Part shown: piece after piece, positions 41,175 to 54,365 of the stretch | Layout: each line of letters starts with the position of its first letter | How positions within the stretch are numbered: position 1 is the stretch's first letter | NCBI GenBank assembly: GCA_963806225.1 | Contig: CAWDXG010000001.1 | Span: 96,001 to 160,000 of the forward strand | Length of the DNA: 64,000 bases | Direction of reading: 5' to 3' | Source of the DNA: an uncultured delta proteobacterium | GTDB taxonomy: Bacteria > Myxococcota_A > Polyangia > Polyangiales > Polyangiaceae | Position numbers and translations under genes: made by a program | The notes under the pieces: generated by a model | The model's database searches: none | Seen by the model: only the letters and a program-made list of their open reading frames with translations | What the model was told of the DNA's origin: nothing

Positions 41175-41271
41175 GGCACAAGATGTAGCACGCCGGGGGC
41201 CGATTGGAACGGCCAAGGGCCCCATCGACCGAAAGGCCGGACCCGCGCCTCGCGCAGCGTTACGAGCGAGC

Positions 41272-42183
41272 CTACGGGCGCACGAGCAGGCGCAGTTGGT
41301 TGTCTGGAACCCAGCCGTGCGTGGCGCCCCATTCGACATGTGCGAGCTGGCCCTGGTGGCCCACGATGTGGACCTTCGCGCCCTCGGGCACCGCGACGTG
41401 CTCGGGCACGCCGTTCTTCTGTTGGATGGGACGCCCCTGCGCGTCGAGCAGCCTCGCCTGGTCGACGACGACAACCGCCGGCCGTGAGCTCACGCGGAAG
41501 TGGCGCGCGGCTGCGGCGAGCCCGCCGCAGAGTGCGAGCAGCAGTGTGCCGACCCCGACCGAGATCGCGCCGCCGAGTATCACGTGCGGACGCCTCGACA
41601 GTCGCCGCGCGATCAGACCTGCTGTCAGCAGCAGTGATCCCAGCGCGGCACCGAACGCCCACACGTCCTCGGGCAGGAGCCCCGCCACAGCGCGCCCGAT
41701 CGATGGCGTGGCCGCCACCGGCGAGTCTCCCTCGTGCGAACGCCGGCGCGCGATCTCCTCGCGCACCCTCACCAGCGCATGGGCGGCTTGGCCGTCGCCC
41801 GGTCTGAGCAGCAGTGTTTCCTCCAGTGCCGCTGCCGCCCGCCCCAGATCACCCGGATGCGCGTGATGCGAGCGCGCCCGGTCCACGTACGCGACCGCGC
41901 GGTCGAAGCTCGCATCCGGATGCACGAACCCGCGATCGGCGAGTAGCTCGAAGTCGTCGATGGCCTCGTCGGTCGCGCCCCGCTGGATCGCCTTCACGCC
42001 CTGGCGGAACAGCGTTGGCGAATCCGGCGGTGCCGGCGCCGCGGTCGGAGGACCCGCCGACGCTGCGACCGCCGAGCTGGACACGGCCGGAGCCACAGGC
42101 GTGGCTGCCCGCGCCGCCGGTGCCGGCAGGACCATGGCGATCGCTGCGATCGCGCAGAGCCCGAACAGCAGCGCTCGGCTCAA
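41272..42183 (-). CDS. batE: BatE-like TPR + TM + SH3-like protein
   Basis: TPR, two TMs, VPEGAKVHIV…GWVP SH3-like end; TTGA overlap with the batD stop. Confidence 0.7.
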   Translation of the reverse strand: MSRALLFGLCAIAAIAMVLPAPAARAATPVAPAVSSSAVAASAGPPTAAPAPPDSPTLFRQGVKAIQRGATDEAIDDFELLADRGFVHPDASFDRAVAYVDRARSHHAHPGDLGRAAAALEETLLLRPGDGQAAHALVRVREEIARRRSHEGDSPVAATPSIGRAVAGLLPEDVWAFGAALGSLLLTAGLIARRLSRRPHVILGGAISVGVGTLLLALCGGLAAAARHFRVSSRPAVVVVDQARLLDAQGRPIQQKNGVPEHVAVPEGAKVHIVGHQGQLAHVEWGATHGWVPDNQLRLLVRP

Positions 42184-44097
42184 GCGTCCCCTCGGGAAGC
42201 GCGGCGGCTCTTGCGCAGGAGTTGCTTGACGAGACCGGCAGCCCTGTCCGACAGCTCCGCCGGTGAGCCGTCGGAGGACCCGGTGAAGCGCACCGCGTCG
42301 CATTCGTCGAGCAGCGACGTAATCCGGTCGCAAAGTTCGTCGCGGATACCGGCGGCACGCAGCTCCTCCGGCAGTCCGTCGCGCAGCACGCCGCGGGCCT
42401 TGAGCCCGCTCGCGCCCTCGATGGCCGTGAACACGGCGCGCTCCGCCGCGCTGGCTGTCCGGGCGATGTCGCCGGCTGCCGCTGCGTCGCGAGCCTCGTC
42501 CAGGGCCTGGCCCGCGAGCGTGCCGTGCGCCTCGCGCCGTGCGCGTACTCTCGCACCGATGCCGCGTCCGAGTCCGACCACGCCGCTGACGGCAAACACC
42601 CCGAGCGGACCCGCGAACAGCAGCGCCCAGAACCACGGGCGGTCCGTCACATCCAGGGGCTTGGCGGCCGGAGCACCGAGTGACGTGCGCAGCGTGACCA
42701 GATTGGACAGTGGGTCGTCGTCCCTTGGCGCGTTCTCGGCCTCCGCCTGGCGGTTCGCGGTGACCTGGACACTGCCCAGGGCCGCCGCTGCCACCCGGTA
42801 GGCGTTCTGGTCGGGATCCCAGTACGGCAGGCGGATACTGCCGAGATCCACGTGACCGGCGCGATCGACGTTCACGACGTAGGTGAACTTGCGCCAGCCG
42901 CCGATGGTCGACCCCTGCGGCGCGATCTTGTCCACCGTGCTCGGCTCGAGAAACTCCACTCCGCGCTGCTCGGGGGTGTGGAGCTTGTACGGCAGGTTGC
43001 CTGTGCCTTCGAGCTTCACCACGATCGACACCGCGTCGCCCTGGGTGAGCTGGCGTGGCTCGACGTGCGCGGTGAGCGCGAAGTGCCCCACGTCGCCGAT
43101 GTGATAGCCGGCGGGTCGGCCCGCGAGCGGCGGCTCGCCGACCACGACCTGGAGCGGTCGGGACTTGCGGATGAGTCCGAGGTTCTGCCCCTGCGACGGG
43201 TAGCCACGGCCATCGAAGCCCATGGTCATCGGACCGATGGTCAGTGTCCCGGCGCGGATCGGGAAGAGCGCGAGCTCGCGGATCTTCATCGCGTACCAGA
43301 CGCTGCCGTTGATCGGCACCTGGTACTCCCGTTCGCCGTACGAGTTCTCGAGAATCGTCCACGACAGAAAATCAGCGCGGCTCGGCTCCGACGTGTTTAC
43401 CTCGCGGAACGGTCCCCCGTGTCCGTACGCGTAGATGTCCAGCGTGAGCTGCTGCCCGACCACCACGTGCTTCGGCTTGACCGTCGCGCGCAGGAAAGCG
43501 GTCGGGTCGAGCGGGCGATCCAGCTTCAGGTCGTCCGGATAGCTCGGCAGGAGGTCGAGATCCTGGTCGTCGTTGTTGCCGAAATTGAAGTTGAAGCCGG
43601 GCATGGAGCCGAAGGGACTGTTCTGTCCGAACGGGTTCGGCCCGCCGAAGGGCCAGCCGGGTGACGAGCTCTGGCCCGCCGAGGGGGGCGCGCTGCCGGC
43701 CGGCACGACGACCACCGTCACTGTCTGTCCGGCTCTGCGCGCGCTGCCGACCTGGACCGTCGGCGGTCCGATGCGGAACGTCCCGGTGTGCGCGGCGCGG
43801 AGCGTCCAGGTCACGCTGATACCCTGGCGCTGCTGGATGCGGCCGTTGGCGATGGAGACCTGCTGCTGCGTGGTGATACGCGGCGGGCTGGCGCTGATGC
43901 CCGGAGGCACCCTCAGCCGCGGGCTGCCCGGGGTCGCCGAGCCCCGATCCGCCATGGCGTCCAGCTGCACCCGGAAGCTCTGTCCGACGCCGACGCGCTG
44001 CGCGCTGACCTGCGTGTGGAGCGACATGGCGCGGGCCGGCGCTGCCACTGCCGTGGCGCCCAGTGTCGCGAGCGCTGCCAGTCACAGCGGGTTTCAC
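42180..44097 (-). CDS. batD: BatD family protein (probable indel in signal peptide)
   Basis: VGVGQSFRVQL, VGQQLTLDIY, GDVGHFAL, EGTGNL, PYWDPDQNAY, C-terminal TM and DAVRFTG. Confidence 0.85.
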
Positions 44098-46176
44098 TTG
44101 TCCTCCATGCCGCGGACCTGGCTCTGCTGCGCCTGGTTCTTCGCGGCTTGTTGCTGCAACGTAGGAGCCCGCTCGAGCATGTCCAGCATCCGCTGGTCCT
44201 GGTTCGCGGATGGCGGTGGGCGGCCGGCGTCGGGGCGCTTCTGGTTCTGCGGGCCGGCGTCGGGGCGGCCTCCGCCGTCCTGCTTGCCGCCGTCCTGTCC
44301 CTGGCCCTTGCCGCCGTCCTTGCCGCCGTCTTTGCCGCCGTCCTTGCCGCCGTCCTGCCCGCCGTCTTTGCCGCCGTCTTTCCCGCCGTCCTTGTCCGCC
44401 GTCCTTGCCGCCGTCCTTGCCACTGTCCGGTCTGCTGCGTCGGGCCGCGCATCGGGGCCGGCGTCGTGCTGCTGGTCGCGGATGCGCTGGAGGGCGATGG
44501 CGCGGTTCCACGCCGCGTCGCGGCCGATACCGTCGCCCGCGTCGCCCGGGAAGCCCGGGATGAGCTTCAGCGCCGAGTCGTACTGGTCGACGGCCGCCTG
44601 GTACTGCTGCCGCAGGAACTCCAGGTTGCCCGCCAGGTAGTAGGCGCGCGCGCGCAGATCGATGGGCACGGTGTCGTCGCCCGCGATGAGCCGGACAATC
44701 TTGAGCGCGCAGTCGACCTGCTCGCTGCGCTTCTCGGCCTGCTGCTGCTCCTTCGGTGTGGGCCCGCCCTCGCCCACGTGCTCTTCCTCGTCGCCGAAGC
44801 GGCGGCCGAACTGCTCGCCGATGCGGAACAGTCCAAGCCCCAGGTCGAAGCCCGCGTTGTGCTTCTTGCGAACGCTGTCGGGCGCGCCGATATCGCCCTT
44901 CTCGCACTTGCCGGTCGAAAGATAGTCCTCGAGCAGATCCGCGGCCGCGCCCGCGTCCCCGGCGTCGAGCGCCTCGATGCGCGTCGTCGACCGGCGGCGC
45001 GTGACGCCTGAACAGCTTGTCCGGGCCGTGGCCGCAGCCGGCGGCCAGGAGCAGCGCCGAGGCCGACCAGCGCCGCACCTGCAGCGGCGCGTTCGACGGC
45101 TCGTCGCTTCTTCTTCCGGCGCCTGCGGGGCGGCGGCGGCACGATGGTGCGGCTTGCGAGCGCTTCTTCGCCTGCGAGATGAACGTCTCCAGCACGAGCA
45201 GCAGGATCGCCAGGCCCAGCGGATACATGTACACGTCCGCGTACACGGTCTCGACCTTCTCGCTCAGCTCCTCCGTCATCATGCGCTTGAGCCCCAGCGC
45301 GATCTTGCGGATGCCCGTGGAGCCGTGCTCGGCGCGGACGACGCGGCCGTGCGTGACCTCGGCGATCTTCGCCAGCTGCGCTTCGCCTTCGGCCGAGAGC
45401 GAGGTCGTCAGGGGCTTGCCCTGCGCGTCGGTGCGCCAGTCGACGATCTCGCCGGACTCGTTCACCTCCGGGATGGGCTCGGGCGTGCGTCCGCCGATCT
45501 GCACTACGTCGATGGTGATGTTGTCGCCTGCGGCCGACTGCGGCGACGCTGACCGGGTCGCCCTCCAGATCCTCGCCGTCGGTGACCAGCACCATCACGC
45601 GGCGGTGCTTCTTCGAGAGCGGATCGCGGTCGAGCAGGTCGCGCCCGGCCTCCAGAGCCCGCGCGATGGCCGTGCCGCCGACGGGCATGTCGTTCGGCGT
45701 GAGTTGGCGGAAGAACTGCGCGATGGCGCTGCCGTCGCTGGTCAGCGGGAAGCTCAGCGGCTCGCCGGCGAACGCCACCGCGCCGAAGCGCGCGCCGGGC
45801 AGATCGGCGATCAGCCGCGCCACTTCGCTCTTGGCGCGCGCGATGCGCGACGGCTTCACGTCGCGCGCGTACATGCTCTTCGAGTAGTCGAGCACGATGA
45901 TCACGTCGAGGTTCGTCGCCGGGAATCAGCTTCGTGCCGCGCCCGTACTGCGGCTGCGCCAGCGCCACGAAGCCGAGCGCGACGGCCAGCACCAGCAGCA
46001 CGCCCTTGACCGAGCGCCGCCGCCCGGCCCGGCTGGTGACCAGCGCGGCCATGCGGTCCTCGTCGCCGAAGCGCCGGATCGAGCGCAGCAGCAGGATCCC
46101 GCCGGCGATCAGGAGCGCCGCCACGACCAGCGCGAACGCCGTGCCGAACAGCCAGAGCGGCTGCCGCGAACTTCAC
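44094..46176 (-). CDS. batB: VWA (BatB-like) protein probably fused to TPR (BatC-like) domain; multiple frameshifts
   Basis: LAQPQYG, MIDAS VLDYSKSM, PLTSD, VTDGED, then TPR AYYLAGNLEF…AAWNRAIAL and a DGGK repeat tail, spread over several frames. Confidence 0.75.
44268..44420. repeat. 12-bp tandem repeat encoding DGGK/DGGQ
   Basis: Repeated ccgccgtccttg units. Confidence 0.8.
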
Positions 46177-47414
46177 GGGAACCTCCTGAGCAGGAGCGCG
46201 CGCAGCAGCGCGTCGAGCGCCAGAAGCAGCACGCCCGGCAGCAGCAGGTAGCGATACAGGTCCTCGTAGCTGGCGATGCTGGCCTCGAAGCGCGTCTTCT
46301 CCAGCTTGTTCAGCACGTCGTGGAAGCTCGCTTGCAGCGCCTTGGCGTCCGTGGCGACGTACATCTCGCCGCCGGTCTTCGCCGCGAGCTTCTTCAGGAG
46401 CTTGGGGTTCGTGGGGAAGGGAACGGTGACGTAGCGGGGTTGGCCGAACAGATCGTAGCCGTCCTGCACTTCGCCCGTCTCGCCGCGCCGATCTGGATCG
46501 GTGTAGAGGCGGACGCCGACCACGTTGGCCAGGTGGGCCGCGTACTCGGGCGCAATGCGGCCGGCGTTGTTGTCGCCGTCGGTCAGCAGGATGACGGCCT
46601 TGCTGCGGGCGTGGCTGTGGCGGAGCCTCGCTATCGCGACGCCCAGCGCGTCGCCGATGGCCGTCGCGCTGCCGTCGATGAGCTTCGAGCTGCATCTTGC
46701 TGACCAGCGTGTCGAGCAGGTGGTAGTCGAGCGTCGGCGGCGACAGGACGTAGGCGTGCTTGCCGAACACGACCACGCCGATGCGGTCGGTCTTGCGCCG
46801 CGAGATGAAGTCGCGGATGACGGCCTTGGCTCCGTCGAGCCGCGTCGGACGCTCGGCCCGCGAGCGCTTCGGCGCCAGGTGCATCAGATCGGGCGGCAGG
46901 TTGTCGAGCACGGCCTGCATCGAGCCGGAGAGGTCCAGCACGATCACGATGTCGATGCCCGACTCGTCCGCTGTCTGCGGGCGCAGCGTGTTCACCGGCC
47001 TGGCCATGGCGGCGACCAGCAGCACCAGGCCGACCGAGCGCACCACGCCCGGCACGTCGCGCAGCCACACGCGCCAGCCGGAGGGCCCCGTGCGAGCGGC
47101 GCCAGCGTGCCGAGCCTGAGGCGCGGCGTGCGGCGGTCCTCGCCGAACGTGCTGCGCCAGAACACGAACGGCACCGCGAGCAGGCCGAGCAGGAACCACT
47201 TCTGGCGCCAGGTCGCGTAGAGCAGCTCGTCGCCGCGCGCGATGGCTGGATAGGCGAGCGCCGAGTGCCGTCACACCAGCGTGGCAAGCACGACGATGCC
47301 GATGCGCGCGAACAACCGGCGTCGGGCGGCGCGGCCCGGCGTGTCGCGCGGGTCGCGCGGCGGCCGCCGCGACGCGGGGCGCCTTTGGCCTGGGCGTTTC
47401 GGTTCGCTCTTCAC
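46173..47414 (-). CDS. batA: BatA-like VWA domain protein; multiple frameshifts
   Basis: AMARP, GIDIVIVLDLSGSM, RKTDRIGVVVFG…PPTLD, LTDGDNNAG, AKTGGEMYVATD, LLRRFP*. Confidence 0.8.
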
Positions 47415-48918
47415 GCCTTGCCTCCGTCGTCGTCGCGCGGCTTGTCCGCTTCCTTCACCGCGCCCGTGTTCGGCGCGTCGGCTTCGCCTCCGGCTCCGGC
47501 GGCGCATAGGGCGAGCGCGGCTCGGCGGCTTCGGTCGCTTCGGCAGCGCCCGCTCCGGATGCGTTCTCCGGCGGGGTCGTTCCCGGCGGGACGGCGGCCG
47601 CGGCCGGCCCCGGTGCCCGCTGCGCTGCCGGGTCTCAGCGGCGGGATCGTGCTGTGCACGATGTGCTCGCCGCGCCCGAGCGCCGTCTCGCAATCCTGCT
47701 CGGTGGGCGTGAGCCGCGCGAACTTCACCAGATCCGCCTCGCGCAGGAACACCTCGATCTCGGGCAGCGCGGTCACGGTCGGAGTCACCCGACCGATGAA
47801 GCCCAGGATCTCGCGCGTCGTGCTCTCCAGTCCGTCGAAGCCGTAGCGATCGCCCAGGTACTTGCGCACCGTGTGCGAGACGCGATCGAAGTGCTCGCTG
47901 AAGCGCTGGTCCTCGATCAGGCCGGCGTGCCGGATGTCGAACAGCTCCTCCAGTGCCACCTCCCAGGGCGGCCGCGGCGGCGGCGGCGGCGGCTCGGGCC
48001 GCGGACGCCGGAGCCAGCGGCCCAGAAGCCACGCGACCAGCGCGCCGACCACCAGCGCGATCAGCGCCGCGTACGTGACGTCGCGCGCGGTCGTCCACTC
48101 CTCGCATCTGGCGGCGCGGCTGCGGGATTGGCGTGGGGTTTGGCGTGCGGCGTGCTCGCCGTCGGATCGTCGACGGTGATCTCGTGCGGCTCGGTGCACA
48201 GCGTGATCACCTCGCCGCTGGCGCGCGCGATCGCGATTGGCAACGGGCGGCACCGTCAGTTTCTGGCGCCCCGGCTTCTTCGGCAGCGGCACCAGCGGGA
48301 TCCTCACGGTCGTGGTCGCGCGCTGGCCGCTTTCCTTGGTCTGCATCGGTGGGACCCGCGCCGCCGTCGGGGTCGGGCAGCGCGAAGCCGGCGCGCTCCA
48401 GTGCGTGCTCGCTGTCGCTGCCGAGCTCGAGGTGGAAGCCGTTCGGGAGCACGGTCTCGCCCTTGCCGTGCTCGACCGTCACGGTCAGCGTCGCGACGTG
48501 GCCGCTGACGCCCCGCGGCGGAAGCTTCTCGGTCAGCTTGGGGCGCTGCTTGCCGGCCGGCACGTGCTCGATGCAGCTCGCGGTTACGCTGCCCTGATCG
48601 GCGACGCCCCCGTCCGGCGCGGCCAGAGCGGGGGCCGGTGCGTCCGCCCGCTGCGCGTCGCTGGGCGCCGCATCCGCCGGCGCGCCCGCGTCCGTCGGCG
48701 CGCCCGCATCGTGTGCCTTTGCGGCGTGCTTTGCGGCGGTGTGCCTTGCGGCGGCGTGCTTTGCGGCGGGCTCCGGGGCGGCGGCGCTGGCGTGCGGCGC
48801 CGGCGCCGCGGGCGGCGGGGGCGGTGCGGGCGTTCCGCCGTCTGCCGCTGCGGCGCTCCGGGGAGCCAGGCTCCCGGCGGCCAGCAGCGCTGCTGCGATT
48901 GCGGCCGCGCCGCCTCAT
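47411..48918 (-). CDS. Bat-operon membrane protein (DUF4381-like); multiple frameshifts
   Basis: TM followed by PPPPPRPPWEVALEEL, RKYLGDRYG…ESTTREI…EADLVKFA. Confidence 0.7.
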
Positions 48919-49797
48919 CGCCGCGCCCTCCGTGCGCGCCGCGCGAACAGGTCGTGCAGCGGCTTGATGTAGGGCTGGTCGGTCCTGACGACGCAGTGAT
49001 CGAGCCCGAGCTTGCGGAACAGCTTGACCTGCTGCATGCGCAGGTGCCGCATCTGGTGGGCGTAGTAGGCGCGCACGCGCGGGCTCGACGTGTCGACCAC
49101 CACGCTCTCGCCCGTCTCCAGATCCTCGAAGCTCGCCAGCCCGACGTCCGGCAGCTCCTCGTCGCGCGGGTCGACCAGCATCACCGGGATCACGTCGTGG
49201 CGCGCCGCCGCGAGCGACAGCGCGCGCTCGTAGTCGTCGGCGAAGAAGTCGCTCAGCACGAAAGCCACGCTGCGCCGCCGCGCGACGCTGTACAGCGTCT
49301 CGCAGCGCCACCTTCAGGTCGGTGCCCGTGCGCTCGGGCTCGGCGCCCAGGATCTCGCGCACCACGCGCATCACGTGCTTCTGCCCCTTCTTGGGCGGCA
49401 CGATCTTCTCGATCTGGTCCGTGGCCAGGATCAGCCCGACGCGGTCGTTGTGCTTGATGGCGCTGAACGCGCACAGCGCGCCCACCTCGGCGGCCAGCCG
49501 CGACTTGCTGGCCTTCCGCGTGCCGAACTCCTCGCTCGCCGACAGATCGACGACGAGCATCATCGTCATCTCGCGCTCTTCGACGAAGACCTTGACGTAG
49601 GCCTCGTTCATGCGCGCGCTGACGTTCCAGTCGATGGTGCGGACGTCGTCGCCGGGCTGGTACTGGCGCACCTCGCGGAAGGCCAGCCCCTGCCCCTTGA
49701 ACACGGACGTGTAGTTGCCCGACAGCTGCTCGGTCGCGAGCCGGTTGGTCGTGATCTCGATCTTGCGGAGGGCCTTGAGGAGCTCCTTGGGGATCAC
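48915..49797 (-). CDS. DUF58 domain protein (frameshift near 49300)
   Basis: SVFKGQGLAFREVRQYQPGDDVRTIDWNVSAR…EERE; FVLSDF…RHDVI…DPRDEELP in the second frame. Confidence 0.92.
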
Positions 49798-49845
49798 GAG
49801 CAGACCTGATTCCGTAGCTTGTGCCGAGCGGCGGGCATGGGCGAC

Positions 49846-50834
<989 letters not shown>

Positions 50835-50933
50835 TTCGGCTAGCTCCTCGGCTTCAGGGGGTCATCGCTATAGCGCGACCACCGAGGCCGGGACAATTGC
50901 GGCCGGCCGCCTATTCCACCGCTTTGGGCCTGA

Positions 50934-51473
50934 TCAGTCGCGGTTGGACGGCGCACGCTGCGCGGCGGGGATCGTCACGCGGCGGTCCGTCCGGTCCGCG
51001 TCCAGCATGCAGCTCCGCTTGACCTTCTGGCAGCGCCCGGTGCGCGTCACGAGCTGGATCCGGAACTCGTCGCCGTCCCCGACCACGAAGCGGTCGCGCG
51101 CCTTGAGTCCGGGCCAGGCGATTTCCCAGGTCCCGGCTCGCAGCCTCACCCGCGCGCTGCGGGGGCTCGTGCCTGCCGGCACCGTGACCGAGACCGGCTT
51201 GCGAGGGTCCTTGCCGGCCAGCGCGGGGGGACGGATCGGACGCATCCGCAGCGCCAGCGCCGCGTCCGCCGCTTCCTGCTCGGGATGACAGGTCAGTCTG
51301 CCGGCCGCGCGCCGGGCGTCGCAGGCTGTCAGCTTCCAGTGGTTGTGCGTGACGGTGACCGTTCCGTGCGGCCCGGGTTCCAGCGAGCTGGGCGGCCCGG
51401 CACTCGGCACCGATGCGGCGCCACCCAACAGGGGGACCGCAAGGAATACGGCAGCGATCGCGGCTCTCGACAT
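50934..51473 (-). CDS. Hypothetical secreted protein
   Basis: Signal peptide and two Cys pairs. Confidence 0.55.
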   Translation of the reverse strand: MSRAAIAAVFLAVPLLGGAASVPSAGPPSSLEPGPHGTVTVTHNHWKLTACDARRAAGRLTCHPEQEAADAALALRMRPIRPPALAGKDPRKPVSVTVPAGTSPRSARVRLRAGTWEIAWPGLKARDRFVVGDGDEFRIQLVTRTGRCQKVKRSCMLDADRTDRRVTIPAAQRAPSNRD

Positions 51474-51602
51474 CGTTTCGGCCTTTCGCGAGGCAGCGCT
51501 CCCGCACGCGCGGGCGAATGTTGGACGGAGTCTGCAGCTCCCGTGTTCAAATCGCGAGGGCTCCAGCAATGCTGGAATCCGTGGCAGGCGGATCCAGGCC
51601 GG

Positions 51603-52409
51603 TCAGTCAGACGGAGCCTCGCGATGCCGCCTTCTTCTGCCCAGCAGCTCCGCGACCCGCTCCCGGCAGGCCTCGCTCCGGAAACACGCGAGCTGCGCTT
51701 CGCGCTCTTCCGCTAGAGCGGCCGAGAGCTCCCGGCGATCCACCTTGCGCATCGTAGCCAGGATCGCATCCCGTGCGAGCGGCGCCAGCTCCGCCCAGCT
51801 CCGGGCGTGATCCCGCCAGCGCTGCTCGTGCCTGGCCGCTGGGGCGACCTCGTCGACCAGTCCGATGGCGAGTGCTTCCATCGCGCCCAGCTGCGGGCTG
51901 CGCAGCATGAGGTCGAGCGCACGCGAGCGCCCCACGCGCCGAGGCAGGAAATAGCTCGCGCCCCAGTCCGGCCCCAGCCCCGCGCGCGCGAAGCCCGTCG
52001 ACAGTCGCGAGTTCTCCGAGCAGAGCCGGTAGTCACAGGCCAGCGCGAGGCCCAGCCCGGCGCCGACCGCTGCGCCGTTGATGGCTGCCAGGGTGGGCTT
52101 GCGCACCTCGCACGCCAGACGCAGGACGACCTCCGCGTCCACGTCCAGCATGCCGGCGAGCACCTGGTCGCCGTCGGGTTCGTCCGCCAGCGCGGCCAGG
52201 TGCTGAAGGTCGGTTCCGGAGCAGAACGCTTCGCCCGCGCCGCGGAGCACGATCGCGCCGATCGCCGGATCGTCGGCGATCACCTGCAGATGGCTCGCGA
52301 GCTGCTCGCGCATGGTACCGGCCAGGGCGTTGCGTCGCGCCGGCCGCTCCAGCGTCAGTATCGCGACGGCCCCCTCGCGATCGATCGTCACCCGTCCCTC
52401 GTCGCGCAT
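51603..52409 (-). CDS. Enoyl-CoA hydratase/isomerase family protein
   Basis: LERPARRNAL, AFCSGTDL, KPTLAAINGAAVGAGLGLALACDYR, GLGPDWG. Confidence 0.92.
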   Translation of the reverse strand: MRDEGRVTIDREGAVAILTLERPARRNALAGTMREQLASHLQVIADDPAIGAIVLRGAGEAFCSGTDLQHLAALADEPDGDQVLAGMLDVDAEVVLRLACEVRKPTLAAINGAAVGAGLGLALACDYRLCSENSRLSTGFARAGLGPDWGASYFLPRRVGRSRALDLMLRSPQLGAMEALAIGLVDEVAPAARHEQRWRDHARSWAELAPLARDAILATMRKVDRRELSAALAEEREAQLACFRSEACRERVAELLGRRRRHREAPSD

Positions 52410-52486
52410 GGCCCCCTGGTCGCACGGCGTCTGGCGCGCTTCAAGCGACGGTGGCCCCGCGTCGCCGGCTCGGCTAGGCAGAGGGC

Positions 52487-53647
52487 GTGGCAGGACAGAG
52501 CCGGCCTCTCTTGTCGTTGCTCCGCTGGCTCGGGCCGTGGACGGCGGACAGCGTCGTGCCGACGGGGATAGACCGAACGGTCTGGCTTCTGCGCGATGGA
52601 CCGCTTGCCGGATACCGCGCTCATCGCGCCGGAGAGACGCGCGATCCGGATCGCCCCGCGCGCCTCGAGGCCTACGAGTACCACCCGCCACGGGAGCCCG
52701 TGGGCAGCTACCTGATCGCACCGGGGCTGCACTTTCTCGGTCCCGACGACCCGCGCCTCGATCGATTCTGCCGCGTGCTGGCGGCCGCGGGCTTCCACGT
52801 CGTGGCGCCGTTCCTGCCGGCCTACGTCGACCTGTGCGTGCATCCGAGCGCGTCCGACGATCTCGAAACGGTGGCGCGTGCACTCGGCGATCGCCTCGCG
52901 CCCGGACGGCGGCCGACACTGTTCAGCATCTCGTTCGGCTCCTGGCCCGCGTTCGAGGTAGCTGCGCGGCTCGGCAGCGCGATCGACGGCGTCATCACCT
53001 TCGGCGGCTATTCCGACTTCGACGCGGCCGTGCGCTTCTGCGTCGACGGCGTCATGCGTTCGCCGGAGGGCGACGTGACGCTCGCGCGCGACCCGCTCAA
53101 TTCGCCCGCACTCTTCCTCAACATCCTGCCCTGGCTCGAGCACACGGGTGGCAGTACCGCCGAGCTCGAGTCCGCGTGGCGTCGGATGGTGTACCGCACC
53201 TGGGGGCGCATGGAGCTGAAGCAGCCGGGACGCCTCGAGCCGTTCGCCCGCGAGCTCGTGGCGGACGTGCCGGAGCGGCATCGCGAGCTGTTCCTGATCG
53301 GGTGTGGCGTCGTCCCTGGTGCGATCGACCTGGTGGAAGCGGGCCTGGGGCGGGCGCGGGGTGCGCTCTCGTTCGCCGATCCCGGTCTGGCGCTACGCCG
53401 GCTCGAATGCCCCGTCGTCATCTGCCATGGCCGGGACGATGACGTGATTCCCTATGGCGAGGCGTACAAGCTCGCGCGCGTGCTGGAGCCGCGTGTCCCC
53501 ACACGCCTGCACCTGACGGGGCTGTACGGGCACACGGGCGCCGGCAGACCGGGTGCAGGCGCGGCCGTGCGCGAAGCGGGCGCGCTGTTGTCGATCGCAC
53601 GCGCGATTGCGCATGGGAGCGCATTGCGCCGCATGCTCGAGCGCTAG
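52487..53647 (+). CDS. Alpha/beta hydrolase-fold protein
   Basis: GLHFLGPDDPRL, SISFG nucleophile elbow, HGRDDDVIP, LYGH. Confidence 0.7.
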   Translation: MAGQSRPLLSLLRWLGPWTADSVVPTGIDRTVWLLRDGPLAGYRAHRAGETRDPDRPARLEAYEYHPPREPVGSYLIAPGLHFLGPDDPRLDRFCRVLAAAGFHVVAPFLPAYVDLCVHPSASDDLETVARALGDRLAPGRRPTLFSISFGSWPAFEVAARLGSAIDGVITFGGYSDFDAAVRFCVDGVMRSPEGDVTLARDPLNSPALFLNILPWLEHTGGSTAELESAWRRMVYRTWGRMELKQPGRLEPFARELVADVPERHRELFLIGCGVVPGAIDLVEAGLGRARGALSFADPGLALRRLECPVVICHGRDDDVIPYGEAYKLARVLEPRVPTRLHLTGLYGHTGAGRPGAGAAVREAGALLSIARAIAHGSALRRMLER

Positions 53648-53688
53648 ATCGTAGCATTTTGCTACACTTGTGTGTCAATTTGACACAT

Positions 53689-53735
53689 TTGCACGCCGTC
53701 TTGCCCAGATCTAATATGGGTGACTGGTCACCCAT
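53689..53735 (+). promoter_or_regulatory. Sigma70-type promoter overlapping a palindromic TetR-type operator
   Basis: TTGCAC (53689-53694)-N17-TAATAT (53712-53717); perfect IR ATGGGTGAC-TG-GTCACCCAT at 53716-53735. Confidence 0.7.
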
Positions 53736-53749
53736 GAAAGCCAGGGACG

Positions 53750-54365
53750 ATGCCGCGGGTTAGCGCAGAGGCGAGGGCGGAGGCGCGCCGCCGCCTGCTC
53801 GAGGCGGGTGCGGAGCACTTCGCCAGGGACGGGCTCGAGCGGGCGAGCGTGGACGCTATCGCCGTCGGCGCCGGCTACGCCAAGGGCACCTTCTACAACT
53901 ACTTCGACAGCAAGGAAGCGCTGTTCGGGGAGGTGATCGCGGAGGGCGCGCGGCGCGCGGTCGCGCGCTACGCGGAAGTCGAGGAGCGCGGCAGCGTGCG
54001 CGAGCGGCTCACGGCGCTGGCCGCCGCGGACGTGACCGTCCTCTGCGAAGAGGAAGCATTCATGAAGGTCGTGGTGCGCGAAGCGATGAGCTTCCGCGCG
54101 GAAACGTACCCGGTGGTCGTCCAGCATCTCGCGCCGTACCTCTCGAAGGTCGAGTCGGTGCTCGTCGGACGGCATTGCAGCCGGCGAGATCCGCAGCGAC
54201 AGGCCGAGCGTGCAGCTGGCGCTGATGTTCGTCGGGACGCTGACGCTTCTCTACGTGCAGCACTGGGGCAGCGGCGGAGCCTGGCCGTCGCTCGACGACG
54301 TGCCGGACCTCGCCGTCGGTGCGTTCCTCGACGGCGCCGCCGTCCGCAAGGGAGACACAGCATGA
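53750..54365 (+). CDS. TetR/AcrR family transcriptional regulator (frameshift near 54166)
   Basis: ASVDAIAVGAGYAKGTFYNYFDSKEALF; C-terminus DGIAAGEIRSD…FLDG in the +1 frame ending in TGA at 54363-54365. Confidence 0.9.
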
